From the IMG/VR virus record IMGVR_UViG_3300023174_000197, positions 1 to 56,751 of that record: a stretch of 56,751 bases of DNA. The stretch is one strand, 5' to 3'. A program made the position numbers and the translations under genes. The notes beneath the pieces are model-generated. The model did not search any database, was not told the DNA's origin, and was given only the letters and a program-made list of their open reading frames with translations. Of this stretch, positions 8,959-17,888 are shown in pieces; the first letter of the stretch is position 1, and every line of letters starts with the position of its first letter. The stretch comes from a virus (taxonomy: Duplodnaviria; Caudoviricetes).

Positions 8959-9213
8959 CTAATGAGTATGCACTGTATTGAGTACCCAATCATCAATCTG
9001 ACTGTGACTCACACCGTACAAGCCATCCTGTTGTGATCGCAGATATGCATTCATTAGATTGGGCATATCACGTGCACTTGCAGTTGCCAGATCACCTTCA
9101 AATCCAGCAGCATACAAGACGCACTCCAAAAGATCAGCAGCATCTTCATGTGAGAGTTTGTGTTTGACTGCTTTGGCTAGCAGCTCTTTGGTAATGTCAG
9201 CGTGTTGACTCAT
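8959..9213 (-). CDS. hypothetical protein
   Basis: 84-aa ORF. Confidence 0.65.
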   Translation of the reverse strand: MSQHADITKELLAKAVKHKLSHEDAADLLECVLYAAGFEGDLATASARDMPNLMNAYLRSQQDGLYGVSHSQIDDWVLNTVHTH

Positions 9214-9217
9214 GTTG

Positions 9218-9412
9218 TTATAATGCTTTGCCTTGATAAGTTAATGTAATGTTGCCGTGTTTGTTTTCAACCCGTGGATGTTGCAGAGCAATGTAACCAG
9301 TTGCATCGCCATTCCTGTCACCATAAACCATTATGTCTGGATACTTGGCCATGAGCTTCTGAAAATCCTTTTTGAATTTAGCAAGCTTCTTAAGTTTATC
9401 TTCGTCTTTCAT
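9218..9412 (-). CDS. hypothetical protein
   Basis: 64-aa ORF; TATAAT just upstream. Confidence 0.65.
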   Translation of the reverse strand: MKDEDKLKKLAKFKKDFQKLMAKYPDIMVYGDRNGDATGYIALQHPRVENKHGNITLTYQGKAL

Positions 9413-9421
9413 ATTATTATA

Positions 9422-9592
9422 TCACCTTTCCCTCTTGTTGATTAGCTCATTATACATGTCCTGATGGATTTTATTAACTGTCCAATTCAATTCATGATAC
9501 AATTTGTTGACCATCCTATCTTCGCGAGACCACATCATGATCAAGCAAATTTGCCAACAACGACGTTTGAACCTTGTATACAACTTACTCAT
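9422..9592 (-). CDS. hypothetical protein
   Basis: Start MSKLY after TTGATT...TATAAT-N6. Confidence 0.55.
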   Translation of the reverse strand: MSKLYTRFKRRCWQICLIMMWSREDRMVNKLYHELNWTVNKIHQDMYNELINKRER

Positions 9593-9793
9593 GTTGTTAT
9601 TATACATTGGTTCCGTCATTGAATCAACTACTCATTGCTGCACTGAGTCGTTTGTTGGTGTTGTGCAGACGATTGCTTTTACAGTATGCACAACCGCCAT
9701 GATTGCGACATGTCTTGTCAAAGCGTTTGGATTTGGTATATGGCTTGCGAATGGTCCTGCTCATGATACAATGTAGTACATTACACATGTTGT

Positions 9794-10009
9794 TCAACTG
9801 TTTCCGTCCAATGTATATCTGTGTATATTACGCACTGTATTGTCAATGTATGATAGAGCAAATTTGACCCATGTCTCTTCTTGTTGATCTGACCTGGCAG
9901 CAGTCTTAAAACAATGTGTGATGTATATAGCACTGGTAGTAGGAAGTTCTTTCATTTGTACGCAACAGTATTTAATGCATTCAATTGTTGCACATTGCTC
10001 AGCAGACAT
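9794..10009 (-). CDS. helical microprotein (probable array member)
   Basis: Start MSAEQ, 71 aa. Confidence 0.55.
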   Translation of the reverse strand: MSAEQCATIECIKYCCVQMKELPTTSAIYITHCFKTAARSDQQEETWVKFALSYIDNTVRNIHRYTLDGNS

Positions 10010-10037
10010 TATATTGTAGTGGTGCATAAATACACAC

Positions 10038-10214
10038 GTGTCTGCCGTTGAAAGATTACCCAAGTCAATTACAATTGAATTCAGAGATGCATGGAGTGCA
10101 TCATACTATGGTGATGAAGATGCACCTTATGATGAAACAGCTGAAGCATGCATATCATATGGTGTGAATGGTGCAGTACTGTTGGTTGAAGCATTAATCA
10201 AAATCATACAATGA
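10038..10214 (+). CDS. helical microprotein (58 aa, GTG start)
   Basis: Manual ORF; TAAATA-N5-GTG; ATGA overlap with next gene. Confidence 0.6.
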   Translation: MSAVERLPKSITIEFRDAWSASYYGDEDAPYDETAEACISYGVNGAVLLVEALIKIIQ

Positions 10215-10393
10215 GACAACCACAACTCCTCAAAATGCCACCAGCATATTATGCACAGCGCATACAAGTAAATGCTGCACAAGCTGATGCAATGATGATG
10301 GATGAGCAGCACCGCATTGTGCAGAAATTGCAAGTAGTCTATGTATATTGTGGTGCATTGACACAACATTTGGCCAACAACATCATAAAATGA
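10211..10393 (+). CDS. helical microprotein (array member)
   Basis: PxxxYAxRI...Q.V..Y..AL..HLAN shared with 10390..10572. Confidence 0.7.
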   Translation: MRQPQLLKMPPAYYAQRIQVNAAQADAMMMDEQHRIVQKLQVVYVYCGALTQHLANNIIK

Positions 10394-10572
10394 ATGCACC
10401 ACATTTTAAAACACCAGCAAATGAGTATGCAGAACGTATACTGCGTACAGCTAAACAAGCCATAGAAATGCATGATCTTAGCTGGAATCTGATGACTATG
10501 AGCAGAGTACAAACAGTTTGTACATATGCGTGTGCACTGTCAAAGCACTTGGCCAACAAAATCAAATATTAG
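10390..10572 (+). CDS. helical microprotein (array member)
   Basis: Start MNAPH at ATGA overlap; paralog of 10211..10393. Confidence 0.7.
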   Translation: MNAPHFKTPANEYAERILRTAKQAIEMHDLSWNLMTMSRVQTVCTYACALSKHLANKIKY

Positions 10573-10760
10573 TGTTGATGCTGTATTGCGTATTGGATTT
10601 CATGCACTATGAACTTCAACCAACCATCCAGGTAATCGCCAACCACAGTGTATGGCGGCACTGAGTGCTTTCTTGCGTCCAAGAATCTGACTTGATGTTT
10701 CACGTAATTGTGTACCATGCCAGCAGTCTGACGCAATTGAATTGTTGTTGTATCATTCAC
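10569..10760 (-). CDS. helical microprotein (array member)
   Basis: TAAATA-N5-GTG. Confidence 0.65.
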   Translation of the reverse strand: MNDTTTIQLRQTAGMVHNYVKHQVRFLDARKHSVPPYTVVGDYLDGWLKFIVHEIQYAIQHQH

Positions 10761-10775
10761 AACAGTATTTATTAC

Positions 10776-10826
10776 AACGCGGATGTGAGCGCAACGCGGT
10801 TATTAGCGCAGTGCGGTTATGAGCTA
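10776..10826. repeat. three degenerate 17-bp direct repeats
   Basis: aacgcggatgtgagcgc / aacgcggttattagcgc / agtgcggttatgagcta. Confidence 0.7.
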
Positions 10827-11069
10827 AGTGTGTTGCAAGTTGATGAGGTATTTGAAATCACGTGCTACAATAACAAAGTGATTGATGATGTCCAAGTTCA
10901 ATATAGAGTCTGAATCACCATAAAACACTGATGCACGATTTTGTTGCGCCCACTTGTTGAGTTCTTGTACAGTTAATTCTGCATAAATGCGTGCATTGTT
11001 GTTGCCATATTTTATAGCGTGCTCTTGTATTGCATTGATGAGGCTTTGTATTTGTGTTGCGCGTTTCAT
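10824..11069 (-). CDS. helical microprotein (array member)
   Basis: Paralog of 11066..11320 and 12386..12604 (AIxYG...SDS.L..D.INHFV..ARDF..LINL). Confidence 0.75.
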   Translation of the reverse strand: MKRATQIQSLINAIQEHAIKYGNNNARIYAELTVQELNKWAQQNRASVFYGDSDSILNLDIINHFVIVARDFKYLINLQHT

Positions 11070-11320
11070 AAGTTGATGAGTTGTGCAAAGTCGCGCGCTG
11101 CTCTGACGAAATGATTGATGACATCTGCACTCAATAAAGAGTCTGATGCACCCAGATGCATTGCAGAACGATTAATTTGCGCCTGATCATTGAGGTCCTC
11201 CAATGCATATCTTGAGTAAACGCCAGCAGCATCTGCACCATGACGCACGCCATATTTGTATATTGCATCCAAAAGAACGCGTTTTTGCATTTGAATTTTC
11301 GCTTGACTATTTCTTTTCAC
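11066..11320 (-). CDS. helical microprotein (array member)
   Basis: TAAATA-N6-GTG; paralog of 10824..11069. Confidence 0.75.
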   Translation of the reverse strand: MKRNSQAKIQMQKRVLLDAIYKYGVRHGADAAGVYSRYALEDLNDQAQINRSAMHLGASDSLLSADVINHFVRAARDFAQLINL

Positions 11321-11325
11321 AATGA

Positions 11326-11718
11326 TTATTTATCATGCGCGCAACACTCAGAACCACAGTGTTCATTTGTATTTGCACTTATTTCTGTATTTCCTTGATT
11401 ATCAACAGTATATATTTCGTTGATAATGAATGCATTACACGCACTCACTGGACACATTAAATCATCAACTTTTGTTGATATTTCTACTTTTTCTACATGT
11501 TTTTGCACAGTTTCAAAGTTGTTTATACATTGTATGAAGCTCTTGGCTGCACTGCTGAAATAATGTTGTATGCTGCGTTGTATAAAGCCAGCAACTACAT
11601 CATTTGGTATATTAGCAAAGTTTTGCGTCAAATGATGCACATAGTAATTGCCGCATATTATAGCATGCAGATTCACTGCATCTGTATCTGTATCCAGTTG
11701 CATAGCCATTTCATCCAT
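11326..11718 (-). CDS. hypothetical protein
   Basis: 130-aa ORF. Confidence 0.55.
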   Translation of the reverse strand: MDEMAMQLDTDTDAVNLHAIICGNYYVHHLTQNFANIPNDVVAGFIQRSIQHYFSSAAKSFIQCINNFETVQKHVEKVEISTKVDDLMCPVSACNAFIINEIYTVDNQGNTEISANTNEHCGSECCAHDK

Positions 11719-11737
11719 GCATCAATGTACCAGCACT

Positions 11738-11931
11738 CTAATGCAATGCAAGCATCAAACTCTTCAACAGTTGTTGCACTTTGTTGAATATGTATTCATT
11801 GGAATGTTTGCCATGAGGGTGCTTTGCAATGAATGCATCATGTATGCAATGATGTTGTGCAGATAGTTGACTCGTTGTTGCAGCATTGCAATGTACAGTT
11901 GTTGTGTAACATTGTTCATTGGTTTTTTCAT
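11738..11931 (-). pseudogene. possible frameshifted array member
   Basis: ATG followed by A6; adding one A gives a 64-aa family-like ORF ending NKVQQLLKSLMLALH. Confidence 0.35.
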
Positions 11932-12194
11932 GCGTTTCTACGTTTCAATGTTTTCAATTTTTTCAACAACTTTACAATGTTCTTGGCTACTGTTGCATAG
12001 CCAACATATACAGCATCATCCCAGTCAAGTGTATGCATTGCAACAAATGCATAATTGCCCATGAGATACTCAGCATTGTGCATGCTGGTGCTGGCATCAT
12101 TGTTGATGTTCCACAGCAGCATGCTGGTGCCAACATCATTGTTGATGTGCAGCAAAAAATCATCTTGATTGGGAGTGGTGCGTTGCTTTTTCAT
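11928..12194 (-). CDS. helical microprotein with internal duplication
   Basis: Start MKKQR (TAAATA-N5); INNDVGTSM / INNDASTSM repeat. Confidence 0.65.
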   Translation of the reverse strand: MKKQRTTPNQDDFLLHINNDVGTSMLLWNINNDASTSMHNAEYLMGNYAFVAMHTLDWDDAVYVGYATVAKNIVKLLKKLKTLKRRNA

Positions 12195-12202
12195 ACACTT
12201 AT

Positions 12203-12376
12203 TTAAGATTTGATCATGTGCATCATATGCTGAGCAATGCTTTTGCAACAATTGTATACCAGTGCAGCATTGAAATATGACTCTTTGAATTTGATTTGGT
12301 TGTACATTACCATTGCATGCATGCCCATGATCAACTCTGATGTCACTGCACCAGATGTATTGTTTGCATCATTCAT
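12203..12376 (-). CDS. helical microprotein (57 aa)
   Basis: Manual ORF MNDANN...CCKSIAQHMMHMIKS; TAAATA-N6-ATG. Confidence 0.6.
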   Translation of the reverse strand: MNDANNTSGAVTSELIMGMHAMVMYNQIKFKESYFNAALVYNCCKSIAQHMMHMIKS

Positions 12377-12385
12377 TGCATTTAT

Positions 12386-12604
12386 TTATTCTTGTTGCAT
12401 GTTGATGATGTTGGCAAAATGATGTGCTGCTCTTACAAACCTGCGCATTATGTATACATCAACAGTACTTTTGATGTTTTCAAATTGTTGCCATGCATCC
12501 AGCTTGGATGCTGGCATTTTAGCATAATATTGTGCACTGTGATTGCCATAATTGATAGCATACAAATAAACACTCTCCAGCTCTCTCAGTTGTTGTTCAT
12601 TCAT
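12386..12604 (-). CDS. helical microprotein (array member)
   Basis: TAAATA-N6-ATG; AINYG...FVRAA..F. Confidence 0.7.
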   Translation of the reverse strand: MNEQQLRELESVYLYAINYGNHSAQYYAKMPASKLDAWQQFENIKSTVDVYIMRRFVRAAHHFANIINMQQE

Positions 12605-12777
12605 GGCGTGTATTTATTGTATTCTTTCATCATGTCACATACATCAGCTGCAATGTATGCAGCATCTCTGATGATTATGTTCAATGTAACTTCATATTTT
12701 ATATAATTCATTCTGTTGGCATAATATGCTTCATGCAATATATTGTATGCATCATGTGACAATTGCTGTGCGTTCAT
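12601..12777 (-). CDS. helical microprotein (58 aa)
   Basis: Manual ORF MNAQQLSHDAYN...; ATGA overlaps on both sides. Confidence 0.65.
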   Translation of the reverse strand: MNAQQLSHDAYNILHEAYYANRMNYIKYEVTLNIIIRDAAYIAADVCDMMKEYNKYTP

Positions 12778-12968
12778 GACATTTTGAGCAGTTGTTGCAG
12801 TGCACTCATCAACAACCCAATTTTAGGATATACATCTCTCAAAAATAAACGTGTTGCAATTTTTGTTGTTTGTACATCTTTAAAGTCTTGATGCAATACA
12901 TTGGCATATGTTCTGCACGTGATGCTGATGTAATACTGCTGATGTTTGACTTGTTGTGCATTGTTCAT
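12774..12968 (-). CDS. helical microprotein (array member)
   Basis: 64 aa, ATGA overlaps. Confidence 0.7.
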   Translation of the reverse strand: MNNAQQVKHQQYYISITCRTYANVLHQDFKDVQTTKIATRLFLRDVYPKIGLLMSALQQLLKMS

Positions 12969-13165
12969 AGTGTGTTGATGAATTCTAATATGGTGTCTAC
13001 AATGTTGCTGCAGCGCCTGTTGGTGTGGTGCAATATATTTAGGGTTTCATGACGATCCAATGCATAAGCTGCAGGCTCATAATGGTTTATGATGCGCAAG
13101 TCTATGCGCATGGCTGCAGCATAATTACGCAGGGTGCCGGTGAGTACTTGTTGCTTATCGTTCAT
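12965..13165 (-). CDS. helical microprotein (array member)
   Basis: 66 aa, ATGA overlaps. Confidence 0.7.
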   Translation of the reverse strand: MNDKQQVLTGTLRNYAAAMRIDLRIINHYEPAAYALDRHETLNILHHTNRRCSNIVDTILEFINTL

Positions 13166-13368
13166 AAATTGATTAACTTGAGTAATTTGCGTATCAATGA
13201 CTCAATGTGCTTTTGTTCTTTGAAGTTGACCCAATTCCATTGTTGTTCATATGATCTGTAATTTATACGCTGTTGCTCTTTCAAGTGAACAAATTGATGC
13301 ATTGCATCAGTAAAATCTTTTGCATTTACGTTGACTGTTTGTATCAAGTTTCTGTATTGGGCGTTCAT
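13162..13368 (-). CDS. helical microprotein (array member)
   Basis: 68 aa, ATGA overlaps. Confidence 0.7.
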   Translation of the reverse strand: MNAQYRNLIQTVNVNAKDFTDAMHQFVHLKEQQRINYRSYEQQWNWVNFKEQKHIESLIRKLLKLINL

Positions 13369-13559
13369 AAATTAGTTAATTCTGCTATTCTGCGTGCACA
13401 TACAGCATAGTTTTGAATGGCATTGAACAAATGAAAGCTTTTCATGTGTTCATTCTGTGGATCCATCGTCACTTGTGCCCAACTGCTTTTGTAAAAAGCT
13501 GCATATGCACACTGGTTTATAATCTTAACATTGGCTTCAAATATTTTTTGTGTATCCAT
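13365..13559 (-). CDS. helical microprotein (array member)
   Basis: 64 aa. Confidence 0.7.
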   Translation of the reverse strand: MDTQKIFEANVKIINQCAYAAFYKSSWAQVTMDPQNEHMKSFHLFNAIQNYAVCARRIAELTNL

Positions 13560-13561
13560 AA

Positions 13562-13753
13562 TTATAATGCTTGTGTCAATTTGGTGATCAAATGATCTTG
13601 AATGAATTTCATGTTGCTGTTGATGGCTCTTGTTATTACGCCTTTATTTTCCTTGCGCATCATGGCAGTTACACCAGCTGAATTGACAAACAGTGCATTT
13701 TCTAAAACTTTTTCAGCAGTCCAGGCTAGGTATTCAATTTGTTCAGAGTTCAT
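13562..13753 (-). CDS. helical microprotein (array member)
   Basis: 63 aa, ATGA overlap. Confidence 0.7.
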   Translation of the reverse strand: MNSEQIEYLAWTAEKVLENALFVNSAGVTAMMRKENKGVITRAINSNMKFIQDHLITKLTQAL

Positions 13754-13947
13754 AAATTTTTGATGATGATGTGCAGTGCACTAGTTGCATCACGCACTGC
13801 TAGTTCCACTCCATTGATGTTCCAAAAACTTTGATTGTCTTGTGCACTTTGATGCGTCATCCAATGTGCATTGTTGTTTACTCTTGCAACAGCTGCATCA
13901 ATGCGACGCCACAGCAATTCATAATCTTGGTTTTTAAATTTTTTCAT
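13750..13947 (-). CDS. helical microprotein (array member)
   Basis: 65 aa, ATGA overlaps. Confidence 0.7.
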   Translation of the reverse strand: MKKFKNQDYELLWRRIDAAVARVNNNAHWMTHQSAQDNQSFWNINGVELAVRDATSALHIIIKNL

Positions 13948-14138
13948 TTGTTGTTGATTATGCTCATTGCAGCGTCCATTAAAACTTGCAACGGATAAAA
14001 TACACCATTGTTCATAAACAGTTCAGTGTGGCGTGGTGTGTATTGCAGCATGTTTCTGGTGTTGCGCCGCAATGTTTTGGCTTCCAGTTGCATTCTGAAT
14101 TGCATAGCGCGTTCATCAAATTTAGGCTTCCTTTTCAT
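13944..14138 (-). CDS. helical microprotein (array member)
   Basis: Start MKRKP, 64 aa. Confidence 0.65.
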   Translation of the reverse strand: MKRKPKFDERAMQFRMQLEAKTLRRNTRNMLQYTPRHTELFMNNGVFYPLQVLMDAAMSIINNK

Positions 14139-14146
14139 ATTATTAT

Positions 14147-14395
14147 TTACTTTTTCCTGTGCACTTGTTGCCAAGGTTCAATATTCAGTATATTATAGAC
14201 AATGGAGGACTGCAACATGTCTTGCACTTGTTCTGTGAACCTAGTTTTCAACACTTGTCTTGCAATTTCATCATTGCTCATTTTGTATCGTGTTGCAAAG
14301 TCTTGCATGCCATCCATAGCACGCAACAACAATTGACGCATGTTTTGACACACAACATTGAGTTTTTCAGCTTGCATTTGCTTCATGGTAATCAT
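14147..14395 (-). CDS. helical microprotein (array member)
   Basis: Start MITMKQ after TAAATA-N5. Confidence 0.65.
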   Translation of the reverse strand: MITMKQMQAEKLNVVCQNMRQLLLRAMDGMQDFATRYKMSNDEIARQVLKTRFTEQVQDMLQSSIVYNILNIEPWQQVHRKK

Positions 14396-14399
14396 AGCT

Positions 14400-14585
14400 T
14401 TATTTATTGATGATTCTTTGCATTGTTGCAGCAATGGCTTTGATCCACATGATGCATCTGTTCAAGCCATAATCACTGTGCTGTTCATCAGCTTCACGTG
14501 CATGGTCAGCTGCATAGCCAGCAGCATCTGACAAAAAGTTTGCTGTGTCACCAATGGAATTGTTTGTTGCAGAATTGATTTTCAT
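14400..14585 (-). CDS. helical microprotein (array member)
   Basis: 61 aa, ATGA overlap. Confidence 0.7.
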   Translation of the reverse strand: MKINSATNNSIGDTANFLSDAAGYAADHAREADEQHSDYGLNRCIMWIKAIAATMQRIINK

Positions 14586-14767
14586 AGTTGCACAAGTTTA
14601 CTTAAATTCTTAGCCACATATGCACAACAATCCATGGATTGCCTCAAATACTTCTCACGTTGAGTGACATGCCACCCTTCATTGCTGCATTCATTTGCGT
14701 ATAGAGCAAATTGCAATGCCCATTCAGTGTTTTTGATGATGGCTTGTTTGTGGACGGTGTTTTTCAT
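14582..14767 (-). CDS. helical microprotein (array member)
   Basis: 61 aa, ATGA overlaps. Confidence 0.7.
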   Translation of the reverse strand: MKNTVHKQAIIKNTEWALQFALYANECSNEGWHVTQREKYLRQSMDCCAYVAKNLSKLVQL

Positions 14768-14958
14768 TTTAGATGTATCAATGCAATGACTTTGCCAGGA
14801 AGTTCTCTGATCAAGTCTAACACTGCCTTTGAAAGATGATCTGGGTCATCTTCACTATGCAATATTCTAGCAATGTGTTCAACTCTCCAAGAGATAGAGC
14901 GTTGCATCTGGTGTATTCTGAATGCATCTGATGCGAGTTGATTGTCTCCTATTTTCAT
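14764..14958 (-). CDS. helical microprotein (array member)
   Basis: 64 aa. Confidence 0.7.
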   Translation of the reverse strand: MKIGDNQLASDAFRIHQMQRSISWRVEHIARILHSEDDPDHLSKAVLDLIRELPGKVIALIHLK

Positions 14959-14983
14959 GAGTTATTGTTCATACAGATTCATA

Positions 14984-15148
14984 TTACAGTACTTGTTTCA
15001 AGATTCTGATGATGCGCTGCACATACATTTGCATGTATCTAGTGCCATTGTACTTTTTGAAGCCTGAAGCAGTGATGCGTACATTGTTTTTTGCATCATG
15101 TGCATGCTTGAGCAGATAACTTATTTGTGGCTTGGATAGTTGTTTCAT
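14984..15148 (-). CDS. helical microprotein (54 aa)
   Basis: Manual ORF MKQLSKPQISYLLKHAHDAKNN...VQRIIRILKQVL. Confidence 0.6.
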   Translation of the reverse strand: MKQLSKPQISYLLKHAHDAKNNVRITASGFKKYNGTRYMQMYVQRIIRILKQVL

Positions 15149-15160
15149 ATTAGTAAGGAT

Positions 15161-15388
15161 TCATAATTCTGAAATTACTTTAACAAAGATGTTGGCAATA
15201 CTTTTGCATCTTTTGATGCAAAATTTGATGTGCAATTGGCAATCCATTGCAATGGGTGCCAATGACATGTTTATTTTGGCATACTTATTAGAGTACCTGG
15301 CATATGCTTGTGCATTTCTAGCATCGTGCTTGAGCTCGTTCAACTCAAATTGTGTATCATTATTCATTGTATTCATCTGTTGCATCAT
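15161..15388 (-). CDS. helical microprotein (array member)
   Basis: AYARY...IKFCIKRCKSI; IKFCI also occurs in 5696..5893. Confidence 0.7.
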   Translation of the reverse strand: MMQQMNTMNNDTQFELNELKHDARNAQAYARYSNKYAKINMSLAPIAMDCQLHIKFCIKRCKSIANIFVKVISEL

Positions 15389-15572
15389 ATCTTTTATTTT
15401 GCGTATGCATCATGAAAATGTATACGATTTCTTGGCAGCGTTGGCGAAACAAAGTGCAATAGTGCTTCACAGTAATTTCAGATTCATCTGCCTTGAGTGC
15501 ATACCTTAGTGCATACCTTATTGTTCTATCTGCTGCAAACGCTTGCATGCTCATTTCAATGTCATTGTTCAT
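15360..15572 (-). CDS. helical microprotein (array member)
   Basis: IRYALRYA...RCQEI. Confidence 0.7.
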   Translation of the reverse strand: MNNDIEMSMQAFAADRTIRYALRYALKADESEITVKHYCTLFRQRCQEIVYIFMMHTQNKRYDATDEYNE

Positions 15573-15760
15573 AGTTGTTGCAAAATTTCTTTGATGATAT
15601 CATTCTTGATGATGTTAATTTGCTGCACTGTTACTGCACTAATATGTTGATGCCTGGTTTCAAGAGTCTTGCAATGAGGCAGCAAACGCAATGCATATTT
15701 GATGTTATGGTTATACAGTTTGGCTGTTGTGTTTATGTACCTTATTTGCTCGCCAGTCAT
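15569..15760 (-). CDS. helical microprotein (array member)
   Basis: TAAATA-N5-ATG; IKYALR. Confidence 0.7.
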   Translation of the reverse strand: MTGEQIRYINTTAKLYNHNIKYALRLLPHCKTLETRHQHISAVTVQQINIIKNDIIKEILQQL

Positions 15761-15813
15761 GCTATTATTTAATCACTTGAATATAACAGCATTGATGTAC
15801 AAAGCAACAGACA

Positions 15814-17508
15814 CTACATTAAACTGGTCCAACCTGCAGCAATCAAATCTTGCATCTCATCACTCTGCATGGAGTCATTGCCAAAGCAAATGGGTGCAAC
15901 TGCATCAGCATCTTGAGCATATACAGCCAATGCATTGACTGGACGAGTGTAGTATTTGAGTCCAAAGTCCATGCCTTTGATGGCGCTGGGCTTGCCATTG
16001 TCATCCACACTCAAAATTTCAAAATAACGCTGGCATATGCCATTGTTGGCATCATTGTCCAGTGCCATCAATGCCCATATGAGACTCATAACGCAATCAT
16101 CTTTGTTGCTGCCACGTGCACTCCATGTACCATTGGCCTTGCGCACAAACTCTTTGAGCTCTTGAATGGTATTGACATCATTGAACCTGACGCATTGCAT
16201 TTCATTGACCCAATATCTCATGTTGAGTACACCTTTGTGCTTGGTATTGGTGTGTGCAATGACTCCCATCTGCTCTTTTTTGCGTCCAGCTACAGCAGCA
16301 CCATAGTTGATGATGTTTTCATATTTGTGCATGTGATACAAGTTGTCTACCACTTGAGCACCACAGTTGTTTCTTTCAATCATGGCCAATGGCTTGCCCC
16401 ATTGAGTCAATATTTCATGCAATTGTGTAGTGAAGTTGGGTACATCCACATCATTGCTTCTGAAACATGCCACTTGTTCAATGTTGGTCAAGTCTGTGAT
16501 GTCCAATATCTGTACAACGCTGTAATCTTGTCCAATGCCTTCAGCTACATCCACCCCTGCAATGTACAGTCTGTTGTCTTGCGGCATTTTCCATATTTTG
16601 TATCTATCATCTTGCAATGTCAAGACTGCATCACTGCACATGCTCTTGAATTTCTCAAACAACTCTGCATCAATGGATGATTCACCCTTTTGCAGAAACA
16701 CACAGTTGAACTCTTGTTCAAATGACTCTACACTGCCCAAGATCTTGATTTGCTCTTTCTTCCATTCTTCATCACGTCCTGGCACATCATCCCATTTGAT
16801 GATGCTGGTCACAAAGCTGTTTTCTCCACGCATGCTGCCATCATACAGTTTGTAAAACAAATTGTCTGTGCCATTGGGAGTAGATGCAATGAGCACTTTG
16901 GATTTCTTGGAGCGTGAAATGGTGGGCCATACTGAACGCCAAAAGTCTTCCATGATGGAAGGAGGATCAATGAAAGCCAACTCATCCAAGATCAATACAT
17001 TCAAAGAAGTACCACGAGCAGCACTGCCTGTTGTAGTTGAAATGCCGATTCTGGATCCATTGTCCAACATGAGGCTGGTCTTGCCATACTCAATGACGCC
17101 AGGCTTGAGCCAGTTGGGCAATTGCTCATAAGCCATGCGCACGCGGCGAAAGATTTCAATGGCTGTGCTCTCTTTGTTGGCTACAATGACTATGTTTTGG
17201 TCATCATTGAAGCATGCTACCCACAATGCATAAATGGTCAGCATGGTAGTTTTTCCAATCTGACGACTGGCCAACAAGATGTTGTATCTGTTGTCTCTGA
17301 GTGTTCTCAAAGATTGCTTTTGACATTTGAACAAGTTGATGACTGTTTTGCCTTCATCTGGGTCAATGATGTAAAAGAAATTCTCTGCAAAATGCAAAAT
17401 GTTTTGTCCACACTTTTTGATGTCTTGCACCATCTTTGGAGTGTACTCAAAACTGGCTCTGCTGGTGGGCAGAGCAGGGTTGTTGAGGTAGTATTGTTTG
17501 TCAGCCAT
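15814..17508 (-). CDS. terL: terminase large subunit (T4 gp17-like)
   Basis: YLNNP N-terminus, Walker A ASRQIGKT, Walker B ILDE, ASTPNG, FEQEF, nuclease GVDVAEG..DYS and DDCVMS; start MADKQ after TAAATA-N5. Confidence 0.95.
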   Translation of the reverse strand: MADKQYYLNNPALPTSRASFEYTPKMVQDIKKCGQNILHFAENFFYIIDPDEGKTVINLFKCQKQSLRTLRDNRYNILLASRQIGKTTMLTIYALWVACFNDDQNIVIVANKESTAIEIFRRVRMAYEQLPNWLKPGVIEYGKTSLMLDNGSRIGISTTTGSAARGTSLNVLILDELAFIDPPSIMEDFWRSVWPTISRSKKSKVLIASTPNGTDNLFYKLYDGSMRGENSFVTSIIKWDDVPGRDEEWKKEQIKILGSVESFEQEFNCVFLQKGESSIDAELFEKFKSMCSDAVLTLQDDRYKIWKMPQDNRLYIAGVDVAEGIGQDYSVVQILDITDLTNIEQVACFRSNDVDVPNFTTQLHEILTQWGKPLAMIERNNCGAQVVDNLYHMHKYENIINYGAAVAGRKKEQMGVIAHTNTKHKGVLNMRYWVNEMQCVRFNDVNTIQELKEFVRKANGTWSARGSNKDDCVMSLIWALMALDNDANNGICQRYFEILSVDDNGKPSAIKGMDFGLKYYTRPVNALAVYAQDADAVAPICFGNDSMQSDEMQDLIAAGWTSLM

Positions 17509-17536
17509 GCATGTATTTACATGCTGCATCATTTAA

Positions 17537-17884
17537 TCAATCATATTCAAACTCATACAATGCCCTGCCTTGATATACAATTTGAACCAGTGCTGCTGTT
17601 TCTTTGTATTGTTGTCTGAATTCAGGTGTATCAGAAGCGCCTGAGAAAATAGTTATATTAGTTATATTATTGCCATTATAATGCCTGATGGGCAGTGCAT
17701 AATTTAGTTTATTCAACATTTCATTCAGCAGTTGAGCCAATCCAACAACAACACTGCTGACAAATTCACCCATGGGTCTTTCATTCTGCACCATATTTAG
17801 TGTTATAACTATGCGACGGTTGAATCTGTCAACCAAAGTTTGTGCAACACTCTGAGCAGGAACTTGTATAGTAGCATTCATCAT
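17537..17884 (-). CDS. hypothetical protein, paralog family B
   Basis: PAQSVAQ.LV..FN.RI...DTPEF..Q...IV.QGR.LYEFEY shared with 18222..18563. Confidence 0.75.
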   Translation of the reverse strand: MMNATIQVPAQSVAQTLVDRFNRRIVITLNMVQNERPMGEFVSSVVVGLAQLLNEMLNKLNYALPIRHYNGNNITNITIFSGASDTPEFRQQYKETAALVQIVYQGRALYEFEYD

Positions 17885-17888
17885 AGCA

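Noticed and set aside
12601-15760. Stop-codon recoding fragmenting one long gene into short ORFs
   Set aside because: Adjacent ORFs are in different frames with ATGA overlaps, several end in TAA, long genes are intact in code 11, and there is no suppressor tRNA.
17509-17532. Upstream start extensions in the ORF track (terL and others such as 4034, 4440, 8559, 22016, 39752)
   Set aside because: The extensions run through promoter or terminator motifs, and the downstream ATG fits the recurring promoter spacing.
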